Shown: in pieces, positions 28,248 to 37,461 of the stretch
Position numbering within the stretch: position 1 is the first letter of the stretch
Layout of the letters: each line of letters opens with the position of its first letter
Assembly (NCBI GenBank): GCA_963786955.1
Contig: CAWBAT010000008.1
Span: 448,001-512,000 of the forward strand
Reading direction: 5' to 3'
Source: an uncultured Acidimicrobiia bacterium
Lineage (GTDB): Bacteria; Acidobacteriota; Terriglobia; Versatilivoradales; Versatilivoraceae
DNA length: 64,000 bases
Program-made: the position numbers and the translations under genes
Notes under the pieces: generated by a model
Seen by the model: the letters and a program-made list of their open reading frames with translations, nothing else
Database searches by the model: none
What the model was told of the DNA's origin: nothing

Positions 28248-30773
28248 ATGACTTCAGGTGCTAAACAGATCGTGTCGAACAAGTCTACAGCGGGAGCAAG
28301 GGAATGGACATTTAAACGGGCGAAAAGCCTTTGGCGGCCGATGACAAGAGCTGTGCAGCATGTTGGTGTTCCCGGCTACCAGTGGCAGGCTTCGGTCCTC
28401 TGGGACGGCTCACTTTTTTTCGGACCTCTTTTGTGGCGGGACAATCCGGCAGTAAGAGAGGAAGCGGCATCGCTGGGTGATAACTTGCTGGATGTTTCCG
28501 TGGGTTACGGTAATCCGATGCGCTTTCTAGACCGCGCTGGCCTAGGTAGTCCCAGCATTATTCAAAGCCTCGATGAGGGTCGTCTTCTCATTCCCCATGT
28601 TGAGACAAGAGAAGGCAAGTTAGTTTGGGATGAAACTGTTTTTGGTCATCTTCTGGGTCGCAAGACTGAGGAAGGCATGAACCCTTGCCCAGACGACGTA
28701 CTCATTGTACATGCGCTATTTAAGGTCCGGAATACCAGCAAGAAGTCTAAGCGAGGCCATTTGTGGCTTCATTTTGGAAATTCAAGCCAGCTCAGGTTGG
28801 GTTACAAGGTGGGCCGAGGCGACAAACTCAGCCGGGCGATCCCACACCGATTCGAACCACCGTTTGGAGTACTTGGAACGAAGGTTCGCTATGTGATTCC
28901 GAATCCGGCGAAAGGAACTTTGGTCTGGCACGGTCAAATCGCGCGGCCGAAGGGGGTTGAAAATCTGGCCACAAGAGTTGTTGAATGGAATGTGCCGCTA
29001 TCCGCTGGTGAGGAAGCCGAACTACGACTGATTGTGCCCTTTGGAGTGATTGACAGAAAGACCGCCAACCGGATCGCAGATCTGAATGGCGATTCCTTGT
29101 TAAGTGAAGTGCGACACTTTTGGAAAAGGCTCGCTGGCGATTCGGCGGCAGTCATCACTACCGCAGACAGTTTTATAAATGACTATGCCGCCGCCGCGGC
29201 CGCACAAACCATAGGACAGATCGGCTATCGCCATCAGGCACGGGTGTGGATGTGCAAGACGACTCCGGCCTGGTACGAACTCTATTGGCCGCCATGTTCG
29301 GCATGTGCTCTTCCCACATTGGATCTCCGAGGCCTGACAAAGTATTCACGTCCGGTGCTTCAAAGCTTTCTTGATTCCCAGACTGATCGAGCCTATAACC
29401 TGACAAAGGATCGACGGCCAAAGAAAGGGGAAAGTGTCCGGAGTGAAGGGTTTGCGAAGGCGCCAGGTTTCTTGGGAAATTTTGGAGTATGGACTATGAA
29501 CACTCTGCTCCTGAGTCACGGGCTGGAACTCTGGGCTCTGGCTTCTCATTACCGGATCACGCGCGACCGCACGTGGCTGGGTGAGGGCCCGGGATCGCGA
29601 CTGGAATCCATCGTTGCAGCCTGCGACTGGCTTGCGGTCCAGCGACGGCGAACGATGCGAAAAGAAAACGGAAGAAAGGTTCCACAGTGGGGGCTATTGC
29701 CAGCGGCCGCAGCACACGACTGGATGTCTGGCTATACGATCTTCAACGATGCCTATTGCCTTTATGGGATGATCGAGGCTGTTCGGCTACTCCGCGAAAT
29801 CGGCCATCCGAGGATAGAAGAACTAGCTAGAGAATTGAATGATTATCGCACCTGCACTCGGGACCGGTACCGAGATGCACGTGACCAGGCTCGCCGGGTT
29901 CCTGCAGCGGACGGCTCAGAATTGCCTTATGTGCCTCGCGAAATAAATGAGCTGGATTGGAGAGATACCGACTGGACATATACAGGTTACGGGCCACTTC
30001 GCGCTGGTGCGTGGGGAGCGTGGGATCCGCATGATGAATTGGTAGACCAGGCGTTAGCATTTCTTGAATCGGGGATGCCGAAAGGAAAGGGATTTTACTT
30101 TCATCGGTCCCGCTTCTCTGGGAAAGACAAGTTCGGGCACAGAACAGCCGACGATAATTTTAATGACATTGATGATTCCAGAGCCGCCCGGCATTTTCTC
30201 TGGAGGCATTACGTCGAATACGAAACCGCGTTCCCTGTCGGTCTTGATCTTTTCCTTCAGCGAGACGACCTACCGCGGTTCTTTGATTGCTTTTTCAACA
30301 ACATGTCCGCTGCTGTCCATCACGGTTTCCGAGTCGGAGTTGAATCGTTGGATGGTGTTCCCTCGGAGACTCCAGGAGAGGCAGCGCGCTGGCGAGCCAT
30401 ACGCGGCATGTTTATAAATGAACGTGACGGCTATGATGGTACACAACAATCCTTATGGCTTCTTCAGGCGGTCCCGCGGTCCTGGCTCAAGCCCGGCGGG
30501 CATCTTGCAGTCAAAAAGATGGGAACGCATTTTGGCGGCCACGTCGATCTCGACATCAGCCTGGCTCAGGACCGGAATTCAATTATGGTTTCAGCCTCAC
30601 TTGACTTGTCGGTAGCGCCTACAGAGGTGCGCATGAGGCTGCGTTCCGATGACGGCCGGCCACTTGTTGCGGCACGGATCGATGGAGCTGACACGCCGGT
30701 CCTGGAAGGGGACACGATCAGGCTGCCGGATCAGATCAAGGGGACATATAGAGTTGATGGGTGCTTTGCGTAG
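28248..30773 (+). CDS. Hypothetical (alpha/alpha)6 glycosidase-like protein
   Basis: HGLELWALASHYRITRDRTWL, GLLPAAAAHDW, LLQAVPRSWL, THFGG; distant paralog of 44765-47443. Confidence 0.6.
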   Translation: MTSGAKQIVSNKSTAGAREWTFKRAKSLWRPMTRAVQHVGVPGYQWQASVLWDGSLFFGPLLWRDNPAVREEAASLGDNLLDVSVGYGNPMRFLDRAGLGSPSIIQSLDEGRLLIPHVETREGKLVWDETVFGHLLGRKTEEGMNPCPDDVLIVHALFKVRNTSKKSKRGHLWLHFGNSSQLRLGYKVGRGDKLSRAIPHRFEPPFGVLGTKVRYVIPNPAKGTLVWHGQIARPKGVENLATRVVEWNVPLSAGEEAELRLIVPFGVIDRKTANRIADLNGDSLLSEVRHFWKRLAGDSAAVITTADSFINDYAAAAAAQTIGQIGYRHQARVWMCKTTPAWYELYWPPCSACALPTLDLRGLTKYSRPVLQSFLDSQTDRAYNLTKDRRPKKGESVRSEGFAKAPGFLGNFGVWTMNTLLLSHGLELWALASHYRITRDRTWLGEGPGSRLESIVAACDWLAVQRRRTMRKENGRKVPQWGLLPAAAAHDWMSGYTIFNDAYCLYGMIEAVRLLREIGHPRIEELARELNDYRTCTRDRYRDARDQARRVPAADGSELPYVPREINELDWRDTDWTYTGYGPLRAGAWGAWDPHDELVDQALAFLESGMPKGKGFYFHRSRFSGKDKFGHRTADDNFNDIDDSRAARHFLWRHYVEYETAFPVGLDLFLQRDDLPRFFDCFFNNMSAAVHHGFRVGVESLDGVPSETPGEAARWRAIRGMFINERDGYDGTQQSLWLLQAVPRSWLKPGGHLAVKKMGTHFGGHVDLDISLAQDRNSIMVSASLDLSVAPTEVRMRLRSDDGRPLVAARIDGADTPVLEGDTIRLPDQIKGTYRVDGCFA

Positions 30774-30834
30774 AATAAGCAGTCGGACAGCAATACTCAG
30801 TTTATTCCAATGATGGTCGAAGGAGGAAAGAGCA

Positions 30835-32487
30835 ATGGCAAAAGGTTCTCGGAAGACAGGCGGCTCCAAGCCGCCGGTATTGCCGCCGTACATAGCGAAT
30901 GAGAAGCAGCAGTTTTCGTTTCTGATGAGTGAGGATTTCTTGGAGAGGCACAACGTTGCCTGGCGTGTTGAGCCGGGAGAACAAGACCCGGCCAATCCTC
31001 TGGTTGAGCCCAAGTATCCGTGGGACTCCGGCTGCACTTTCCTCCACGGAAGCATCATGGTAGACCCGATGGATCAGTTATGGAAGGCCTGGTATCTCAG
31101 CAAGCCGCTAGGGAAGGGGCCTTCCGAGAACCCGGCCGCGGGCCGGATTCTGACCTATGCCGAGTCCGAGGATGGCGTGCATTGGACAAGGCCCGAGCTG
31201 GACATCGCCCTGTATGAGGGACGTACACGGAGCAACATTCTTTTTGACCTCGACTCGGGTGGGCTGTCGCAGCATCCTTCGGTGATTGTTCATCCCGATG
31301 CCGATCCCGATTGGCGTTATGAGATGTTCGTGTTGCGCTATCCGGGGCACGGAGGTTCGGCCGAAGTCGTCCGGGGCTTTCCGTTACCGCCAGGCGAGAC
31401 AAAGCATAGCGGCGGTGTGTATCGTTACCACTCGTCCGATGGTAAGCACTGGCAGCCTTGGGAGATCTTGGGCCTCAGTACACGCGACAGCATTCTGGTT
31501 CACCAGTTACAGGATGGAACGTATCGCACTTTCTACAAAGGCATAACCGCAGTTCCTCCCGGCGGCCTGGTTCCGTATGACGTTGCCGTTGGCGAATGCC
31601 GCATTATCGTCGTTCGCACCAGCGAGGACGGGACCAACTGGTCGGGATACGAACCGGTCATCACGCCGGACTGGATGGACCCGCAAGATACGCAGTTCAT
31701 GGAGCTGGATACAGTGCCTGAGAAGGGCGGCTATATCGGAACACTGGCTGTGTACCACCTTCTTACCCAAAGCATTGACATTCAGTTTGCGGCCTCGCGC
31801 GACGGCAAGCGCTGGTGGCGGCCGGACCGTCGTCCTTGCGTTCCCTTGAACACCCTTGGCGATTACGGCGGCGGCATGATCTGGCCTTTGCAATCGCCCC
31901 TTCACCATAACGGCAGGCTGTATTTCTACTATTCCGGTTGCGACGGATTGCACGCCGATTACATGACTACGGAGTTGGTGCAGGAATTTCGCCGGAGTTT
32001 CCGCTGGCCTCATTATCCGACCGGATTGCGGTCGGGTACGGAAATGGATGCCTACTCACCCAATGCGGGGATGACTTGGTTTCACAGCGCAGGATGCCGG
32101 GCCTCCTGGAGGTTGGGCCGCCTGTGGGCTGCGGTAACTGCCAGCGGCGGGCCTTTGGAAGGGATACTTGGCACCAAACCGCTTTCTGTCGGTGGAAAAC
32201 GCTTGAGCGTAAACGCGCAGACGATTCGGGACGGTTCGTTGCAAGTTGAGCTTCTGCAAGGGAAGTCGATCCAGGGACGAGAAGGACCTTTGGGTGACGA
32301 CGTGGTGATTGATGAAAAGCCGATTCCCGGTTTCAGCCGCGCCGATTGCACACCCTTCAAGGGAGACAGCGAAGCGGCATTCATCCAATGGAAGGGCGGC
32401 GACCGCGTTCCGGCCGACGAGATTCGTGCCCGCTTTTATTTCAACCAGACGCGGTTGTATTCGTTTGACTGGGTGACTGAAGGCTGA
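30835..32487 (+). CDS. Asp-box beta-propeller protein (GH32/43-like fold), copy A
   Basis: NPLVEPKYPWD, YAESEDGVHW, SSDGKHW, SEDGTNW, SRDGKRW, LYFYYSG; AGGAGG RBS. Confidence 0.7.
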   Translation: MAKGSRKTGGSKPPVLPPYIANEKQQFSFLMSEDFLERHNVAWRVEPGEQDPANPLVEPKYPWDSGCTFLHGSIMVDPMDQLWKAWYLSKPLGKGPSENPAAGRILTYAESEDGVHWTRPELDIALYEGRTRSNILFDLDSGGLSQHPSVIVHPDADPDWRYEMFVLRYPGHGGSAEVVRGFPLPPGETKHSGGVYRYHSSDGKHWQPWEILGLSTRDSILVHQLQDGTYRTFYKGITAVPPGGLVPYDVAVGECRIIVVRTSEDGTNWSGYEPVITPDWMDPQDTQFMELDTVPEKGGYIGTLAVYHLLTQSIDIQFAASRDGKRWWRPDRRPCVPLNTLGDYGGGMIWPLQSPLHHNGRLYFYYSGCDGLHADYMTTELVQEFRRSFRWPHYPTGLRSGTEMDAYSPNAGMTWFHSAGCRASWRLGRLWAAVTASGGPLEGILGTKPLSVGGKRLSVNAQTIRDGSLQVELLQGKSIQGREGPLGDDVVIDEKPIPGFSRADCTPFKGDSEAAFIQWKGGDRVPADEIRARFYFNQTRLYSFDWVTEG

Positions 32488-32633
32488 GAAGCGTCGGGGG
32501 AGACCAGGGCGCCAAACACGCTGGGGCCGGTCCGCCGCGCCAGGTTCATCTTTGGTTGGGTGTTTTATAGAGGATAGGTAGTAAGTCATGATCATGTCGG
32601 TTATCTCAATTACTTACCAAGGAGGAAAGAGTA

Positions 32634-34286
32634 ATGGCAAAAGGTTCTCGGAAGACAGGCGACTCCAAGCCGCCGGTATTGCCGCCGTACATAGCGAATG
32701 AGAAGCAGCAGTTTTCGTTTCTGATGAGTGAGGATTTCTTGGAGAGGCACAACGTTGCCTGGCGTGTTGAGCCGGGAGAACAAGACCCGGCCAATCCTCT
32801 GGTTGAGCCCAAGTATCCGTGGGACTCCGGCTGCACTTTCCTCCACGGGAGCATCATGGTAGACCCGATGGATCAGTTATGGAAGGCCTGGTATCTCAGC
32901 AAGCCGCTAGGGAAGGGGCCTTCCGAGAACCCGGCCGCAGGCCGGATTCTGACCTATGCCGAGTCCGAGGATGGCGTGCATTGGACAAGGCCCGAGCTGG
33001 ACATCGCCCTGTATGAGGGACGTACACGGAGCAACATTCTTTTTGACCTCGACTCGGGTGGGCTGTCGCAGCATCCTTCGGTGATTGTTCATCCCGATGC
33101 CGATCCCGATTGGCGTTATGAGATGTTCGTGTTGCGCTATCCGGGGCACGGAGGTTCGGCCGAAGTCGTCCGGGGCTTTCCGTTACCGCCAGGCGAGACA
33201 AAGCATAGCGGCGGTGTGTATCGTTACCACTCGTCCGATGGTAAGCACTGGCAGCCTTGGGAGATCTTGGGCCTCAGTACACGCGACAGCATTCTGGTTC
33301 ACCAGTTACAGGATGGAACGTATCGCACTTTCTACAAAGGCGTAACAGCAGTTCCTCCCGGCGGCCTGGTTCCGTATGACGTTTCTGTTGGCGAATGCCG
33401 CATTATCGTCGTTCGCACCAGCGAGGACGGGACCAACTGGTCGGGATACGAACCGGTCATCACGCCGGACTGGATGGACCCGCAAGATACGCAGTTCATG
33501 GAGCTGGATACAGTGCCTGAGAAGGGCGGCTATATCGGAACACTGGCTGTGTACCACCTTCTTACCCAAAGCATTGACATTCAGTTTGCGGCCTCGCGCG
33601 ACGGCAAGCGCTGGTGGCGGCCGGACCGTCGTCCTTGCGTTCCCTTGAACACCCTTGGCGATTACGGCGGCGGCATGATCTGGCCTTTGCAATCGCCCCT
33701 TCACCATAACGGCAGGCTGTATTTCTACTATTCCGGTTGCGACGGATTGCACGCCGATTACATGACTACGGAGTTGGTGCAGGAATTTCGCCGGAGTTTC
33801 CGCTGGCCTCATTATCCGACCGGATTGCGGTCGGGTACGGAAATGGATGCCTACTCACCCAATGCGGGGATGACTTGGTTTCACAGCGCAGGATGCCGGG
33901 CCTCCTGGAGGTTGGGCCGCCTGTGGGCTGCGGTAACTGCCAGCGGCGGGCCTTTGGAAGGGATACTTGGCACCAAACCGCTTTCTGTCGGTGGAAAACG
34001 CTTGAGCGTAAACGCGCAGACGATTCGGGACGGTTCGTTGCAAGTTGAGCTTCTGCAAGGGAAGTCGATCCAGGGACGAGAAGGACCTTTGGGTGACGAC
34101 GTGGTGATTGATGAAAAGCCGATTCCCGGTTTCAGCCGCGCCGATTGCACACCCTTCAAGGGAGACAGCGAAGCGGCATTCATCCAATGGAAGGGCGGCG
34201 ACCGCGTTCCGGCCGACGAGGTTCGTGCCCGCTTCTATTTCAACCAGACGCGGTTGTACTCGTTTGACTGGGTGACTGAAGGCTGA
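32634..34286 (+). CDS. Asp-box beta-propeller protein, copy B (4 aa differences from copy A)
   Basis: Same motifs as copy A; changes G>D, I>V, A>S, I>V. Confidence 0.7.
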   Translation: MAKGSRKTGDSKPPVLPPYIANEKQQFSFLMSEDFLERHNVAWRVEPGEQDPANPLVEPKYPWDSGCTFLHGSIMVDPMDQLWKAWYLSKPLGKGPSENPAAGRILTYAESEDGVHWTRPELDIALYEGRTRSNILFDLDSGGLSQHPSVIVHPDADPDWRYEMFVLRYPGHGGSAEVVRGFPLPPGETKHSGGVYRYHSSDGKHWQPWEILGLSTRDSILVHQLQDGTYRTFYKGVTAVPPGGLVPYDVSVGECRIIVVRTSEDGTNWSGYEPVITPDWMDPQDTQFMELDTVPEKGGYIGTLAVYHLLTQSIDIQFAASRDGKRWWRPDRRPCVPLNTLGDYGGGMIWPLQSPLHHNGRLYFYYSGCDGLHADYMTTELVQEFRRSFRWPHYPTGLRSGTEMDAYSPNAGMTWFHSAGCRASWRLGRLWAAVTASGGPLEGILGTKPLSVGGKRLSVNAQTIRDGSLQVELLQGKSIQGREGPLGDDVVIDEKPIPGFSRADCTPFKGDSEAAFIQWKGGDRVPADEVRARFYFNQTRLYSFDWVTEG

Positions 34287-34366
34287 GAAGCGTCGGGGGC
34301 AAATCCAGCCGAAATCCTTCCAGAGCTTCTGCAGTCACACCATTTCGGGCAGGGGAGAACCGATAG

Positions 34367-35257
34367 ATGGAGAAACGGCAGCTTGGCGCGACGGATATGC
34401 GCGTCGGTGTCCTCGGTTTTGGCGCCGCCGAGATCGGATTTGAAAACGTCAGCAGCCAAACGGTAGCAAGAATACTGCTGGAAGCACTGGATCAAGGGCT
34501 TGATGTCATCGACACTGCGGAATGTTACCCGGGAAGTGAAGAGAAGATCGGGAAAGCAGTGGCGCATCGGCGAAAAGACTTTTACCTGTTTACCAAGTGT
34601 GGCCACCCCAAAGTTTGGTCGGATGAAGACTGGCGCCCAGAATCGTTGCTCGCTTCTATTCAACGCAGCATCAAACGCCTGCGCACCGATATGATCGATC
34701 TTGTCCAATTGCACTCGTGCTCTCTTGAAGAACTTCAGAAGGGCAACGTCATTGCAACCATGGAGCGAGCTCGAGAAAAAGGTTACACGCGTTACATCGG
34801 CTACAGCGGAGACGGCCAGGCGGCCCGCTTTGCCATAGAGTCCGGTCGATTTGATACCTTGCAGACCTCGGTTAGTATTGCCGACCAGGAAGCTTTCGTG
34901 CTCACCCTTCCGCTTGCAATGAAAAGGAAGGTCGGTGTCATCGCTAAACGACCTATCGCCAATGCCGTCTGGCGCTACGGCGGCCGCCCGACGAATGCTT
35001 ATCATCACGTTTATTGGGAGCGCTTGGAAAAGCTTCAGTATCCATTCCTGAAGACGCCAGACGTATCTTCCGTCGCATTGCGCTTTACGCTTGCGGCGCC
35101 CGCTGTGGCCACTGCCATTGTCGGTACCTCCAAGCCCGGCCGCTGGAAGCAAAACGCCAAATCGCTAGAACAAGGGAATCTTTCCAAGGATCAGATCGTT
35201 GAAATTCGTAAGCGATGGGATGAAGTCGCGCCTCCCCATTGGATAGGTCAAGGCTAG
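34367..35257 (+). CDS. Aldo/keto reductase
   Basis: LGFG, IDTAECY, FTKCG, SIKRLRTDMIDLVQLH, RYIGYS. Confidence 0.92.
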   Translation: MEKRQLGATDMRVGVLGFGAAEIGFENVSSQTVARILLEALDQGLDVIDTAECYPGSEEKIGKAVAHRRKDFYLFTKCGHPKVWSDEDWRPESLLASIQRSIKRLRTDMIDLVQLHSCSLEELQKGNVIATMERAREKGYTRYIGYSGDGQAARFAIESGRFDTLQTSVSIADQEAFVLTLPLAMKRKVGVIAKRPIANAVWRYGGRPTNAYHHVYWERLEKLQYPFLKTPDVSSVALRFTLAAPAVATAIVGTSKPGRWKQNAKSLEQGNLSKDQIVEIRKRWDEVAPPHWIGQG

Positions 35258-35498
35258 AAGCCCAGCTCTTTCTTGGTTCAGTTTGTTGTCTTGCGCAGAT
35301 TTGCAGGATATTTAAGTTTGAGCTTTGCTGATTTGGTCACATGTATGACCTTTGCATTTGTGTAAATTAGCAATCTGAGGAGGCAGCTTTGTGGCTTGCA
35401 GCAGGTCTTTGTCATAGTTACGTGTTGCCTGGTGGAATCCGAATTCGTGAATGGGTGCCGAAAAGGGAAAGGTTTCTAGACGCTGAGGAGGTGCTGAA

Positions 35499-37055
35499 TT
35501 GATTTACGACGCCACGATGCTGGACATCGGCCGGGACAAACAAGTCTTTGTCGACGACCTGATTATCGAATCAGTCGAGAACATTTGCCGGACCTGGCAT
35601 CAGCCAATCCGAGCAACGGATGGGCCGGTCATCGTTAGCGACAGACCGTGGGAGCCTATCACTTACTTTACCTTTAACAGCTCACAGGTGATTCGAGATC
35701 CGAAGGATGGTCTGTTCAAATGTGTCTATCAGACTTTGGAACTCTCGCCTCGGGCTGGCGAATCCCCCCTGGGCACCATTGTCTCTCACCTCCTTTACGC
35801 CGAGTCCGAAGATGGCGTTCATTGGCGCAAGCCCTCTTTTAATATTCACAAGGTGAATGGGGAAAGCACCAACATCATTATTCCGAATGCCATGGTCGTT
35901 TCTTATGTGCTCAATCCGCACGAGCATGACGAGTCTCGGCGCTTCAAGGCGCTTTATCTCAGTTACAAGGCGCGGGAAGGTGAAGAAGCCGACAGGGTGG
36001 TAGCCGCGACCTCCGGCGATCTAATCCATTGGGCCAACCTGCCCGAATCACCGGTCTTTGGGCGGGCGGGTTCCCGCAAGGGGGACGCCAATGCGCTTCA
36101 TTACGATACGGCAGGCAGAATCTACCTCCTCAACATGCGTCACTATGACATCCAGGCAGTGGCGACCAACCTCAACAATCCGGTCGTGGAGGAGTGGTGC
36201 ATCTGTCCGCCCTACTACCCTCTGGACTGGTGCCGGGCCAATAAGCGGCGCGTCTGGCAGTCCGAGAGTGCCGACCTGATCCATTGGTCAGAGCCGTACT
36301 CGATCCTCACACCTGAGGACGGGGAAGATGACCTCGATGAGACATTCTACGGGTTCTGCCAGTTTTCTCTGGGCAGCGTGATGATGGGGTTTCTTCCCAT
36401 CCTGGATTACGTCTCCAACACCATGCGATCCAGACTGGTGTACAGCCGTGATGGCAAGAACTGGCATCACTTGAACAAGCGCCAACCGTTCCTGACCCCG
36501 CGGGGTGAAGGCCATTGGGATAGCTATATGGTCACGCTTTCCCACGGCCCCATCGAGGTGGGTGACGAGCTCTACCTTTATTTTGGTGGGGCGAGCAACC
36601 ACCATGACTGGTGGATGACTGGCGCTCGCGAGGGCTTGCAGGTGCCGGAGGCCACCGACAAAAGCAAAGTCAACTTCGCCTTAGGCCTGGCGAAGCTGCG
36701 GCTGGATGGATTCGTGTCGCTTGAGGCGAGAGCGCCCAGACGCGGCATCCTGATCACGCGGCCCCTGATCTCGGAAGGCATGCAGCTAGTGGTCAATGCA
36801 CGGTGCCGCGAGGGCGGATCGATGGCCGCCGAAGTGGTCAACCTGCGCGATGAGGTTTTTCCCGGCTACTCGCGTCAAGAGTGCGACGTCTTCAAGGGCG
36901 ACGCGGTCCGGCATGTGTTTTCCTGGAAAGGAAAGACGGAGTTGCCGCCGGTCAGTACGCACAAGGCTTATTACCCGAATCCGGAATTCGAACGCTACCG
37001 CAAATTCCGTTTCTACATGGATAACGTGGAACTTTATTCCTTGACGATTGCCTGA
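35499..37055 (+). CDS. Asp-box beta-propeller protein (divergent paralog)
   Basis: KQVFVDD, YAESEDGVHW, SRDGKNW, LYLYFGG, GLAKLRLDGFVSL; GAGGAGG RBS with TTG start. Confidence 0.7.
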   Translation: MIYDATMLDIGRDKQVFVDDLIIESVENICRTWHQPIRATDGPVIVSDRPWEPITYFTFNSSQVIRDPKDGLFKCVYQTLELSPRAGESPLGTIVSHLLYAESEDGVHWRKPSFNIHKVNGESTNIIIPNAMVVSYVLNPHEHDESRRFKALYLSYKAREGEEADRVVAATSGDLIHWANLPESPVFGRAGSRKGDANALHYDTAGRIYLLNMRHYDIQAVATNLNNPVVEEWCICPPYYPLDWCRANKRRVWQSESADLIHWSEPYSILTPEDGEDDLDETFYGFCQFSLGSVMMGFLPILDYVSNTMRSRLVYSRDGKNWHHLNKRQPFLTPRGEGHWDSYMVTLSHGPIEVGDELYLYFGGASNHHDWWMTGAREGLQVPEATDKSKVNFALGLAKLRLDGFVSLEARAPRRGILITRPLISEGMQLVVNARCREGGSMAAEVVNLRDEVFPGYSRQECDVFKGDAVRHVFSWKGKTELPPVSTHKAYYPNPEFERYRKFRFYMDNVELYSLTIA

Positions 37056-37211
37056 TTTTCTAAGAAAAAGACATCTGAAGATAATCCTTCGCGCCCAGCC
37101 CCTTCAAGCTATCCTCACGTCAAAAAATATTCGATTTACTTCATATGTGAATTATATTACTACAATATTGGACTTTAAAGATTGATTTTAACTCAAAAAG
37201 AAAGAAACTAT

Positions 37212-37241
37212 TTGACACAAAAACATATTCTAGTGTAGTTT
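37212..37241 (+). promoter_or_regulatory. Putative sigma70 promoter
   Basis: TTGACA-N18-TAGTTT in an AT-rich intergenic region. Confidence 0.45.
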
Positions 37242-37461
37242 TACTGGTCTAAAGAAATTTTTCCGCTACTTAGAGGCGAAAGTAGGGTACTGGTTGTGAG
37301 CGCCTTCATAGCATTCCAAGGCTATACTCCCGGAACCTCCTGGATCGGCACACCATAGTAGTCGCGATCCGCTAGGTGCCGGAAAGATTCACCACATACT
37401 TCTCAATGCTCGCCTTCGGTGAGCATTGCTCTTAGGGAGCTATTTGGAGAGGAAAAAGAGT

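Larger units (their letters stand above)
30820..34299 (+). repeat. Direct duplication of about 1.68 kb (30820-32500 and 32619-34299) with a unique 118-bp spacer
   Basis: The two copies are near-identical from the RBS to 13 nt past the stop; about ten substitutions seen by eye. Confidence 0.95.

Noticed and set aside
34235-35152. Long antisense ORFs (also 55495-56328, 56362-57162 and others)
   Set aside because: They are shadows of well-supported genes on the opposite strand.
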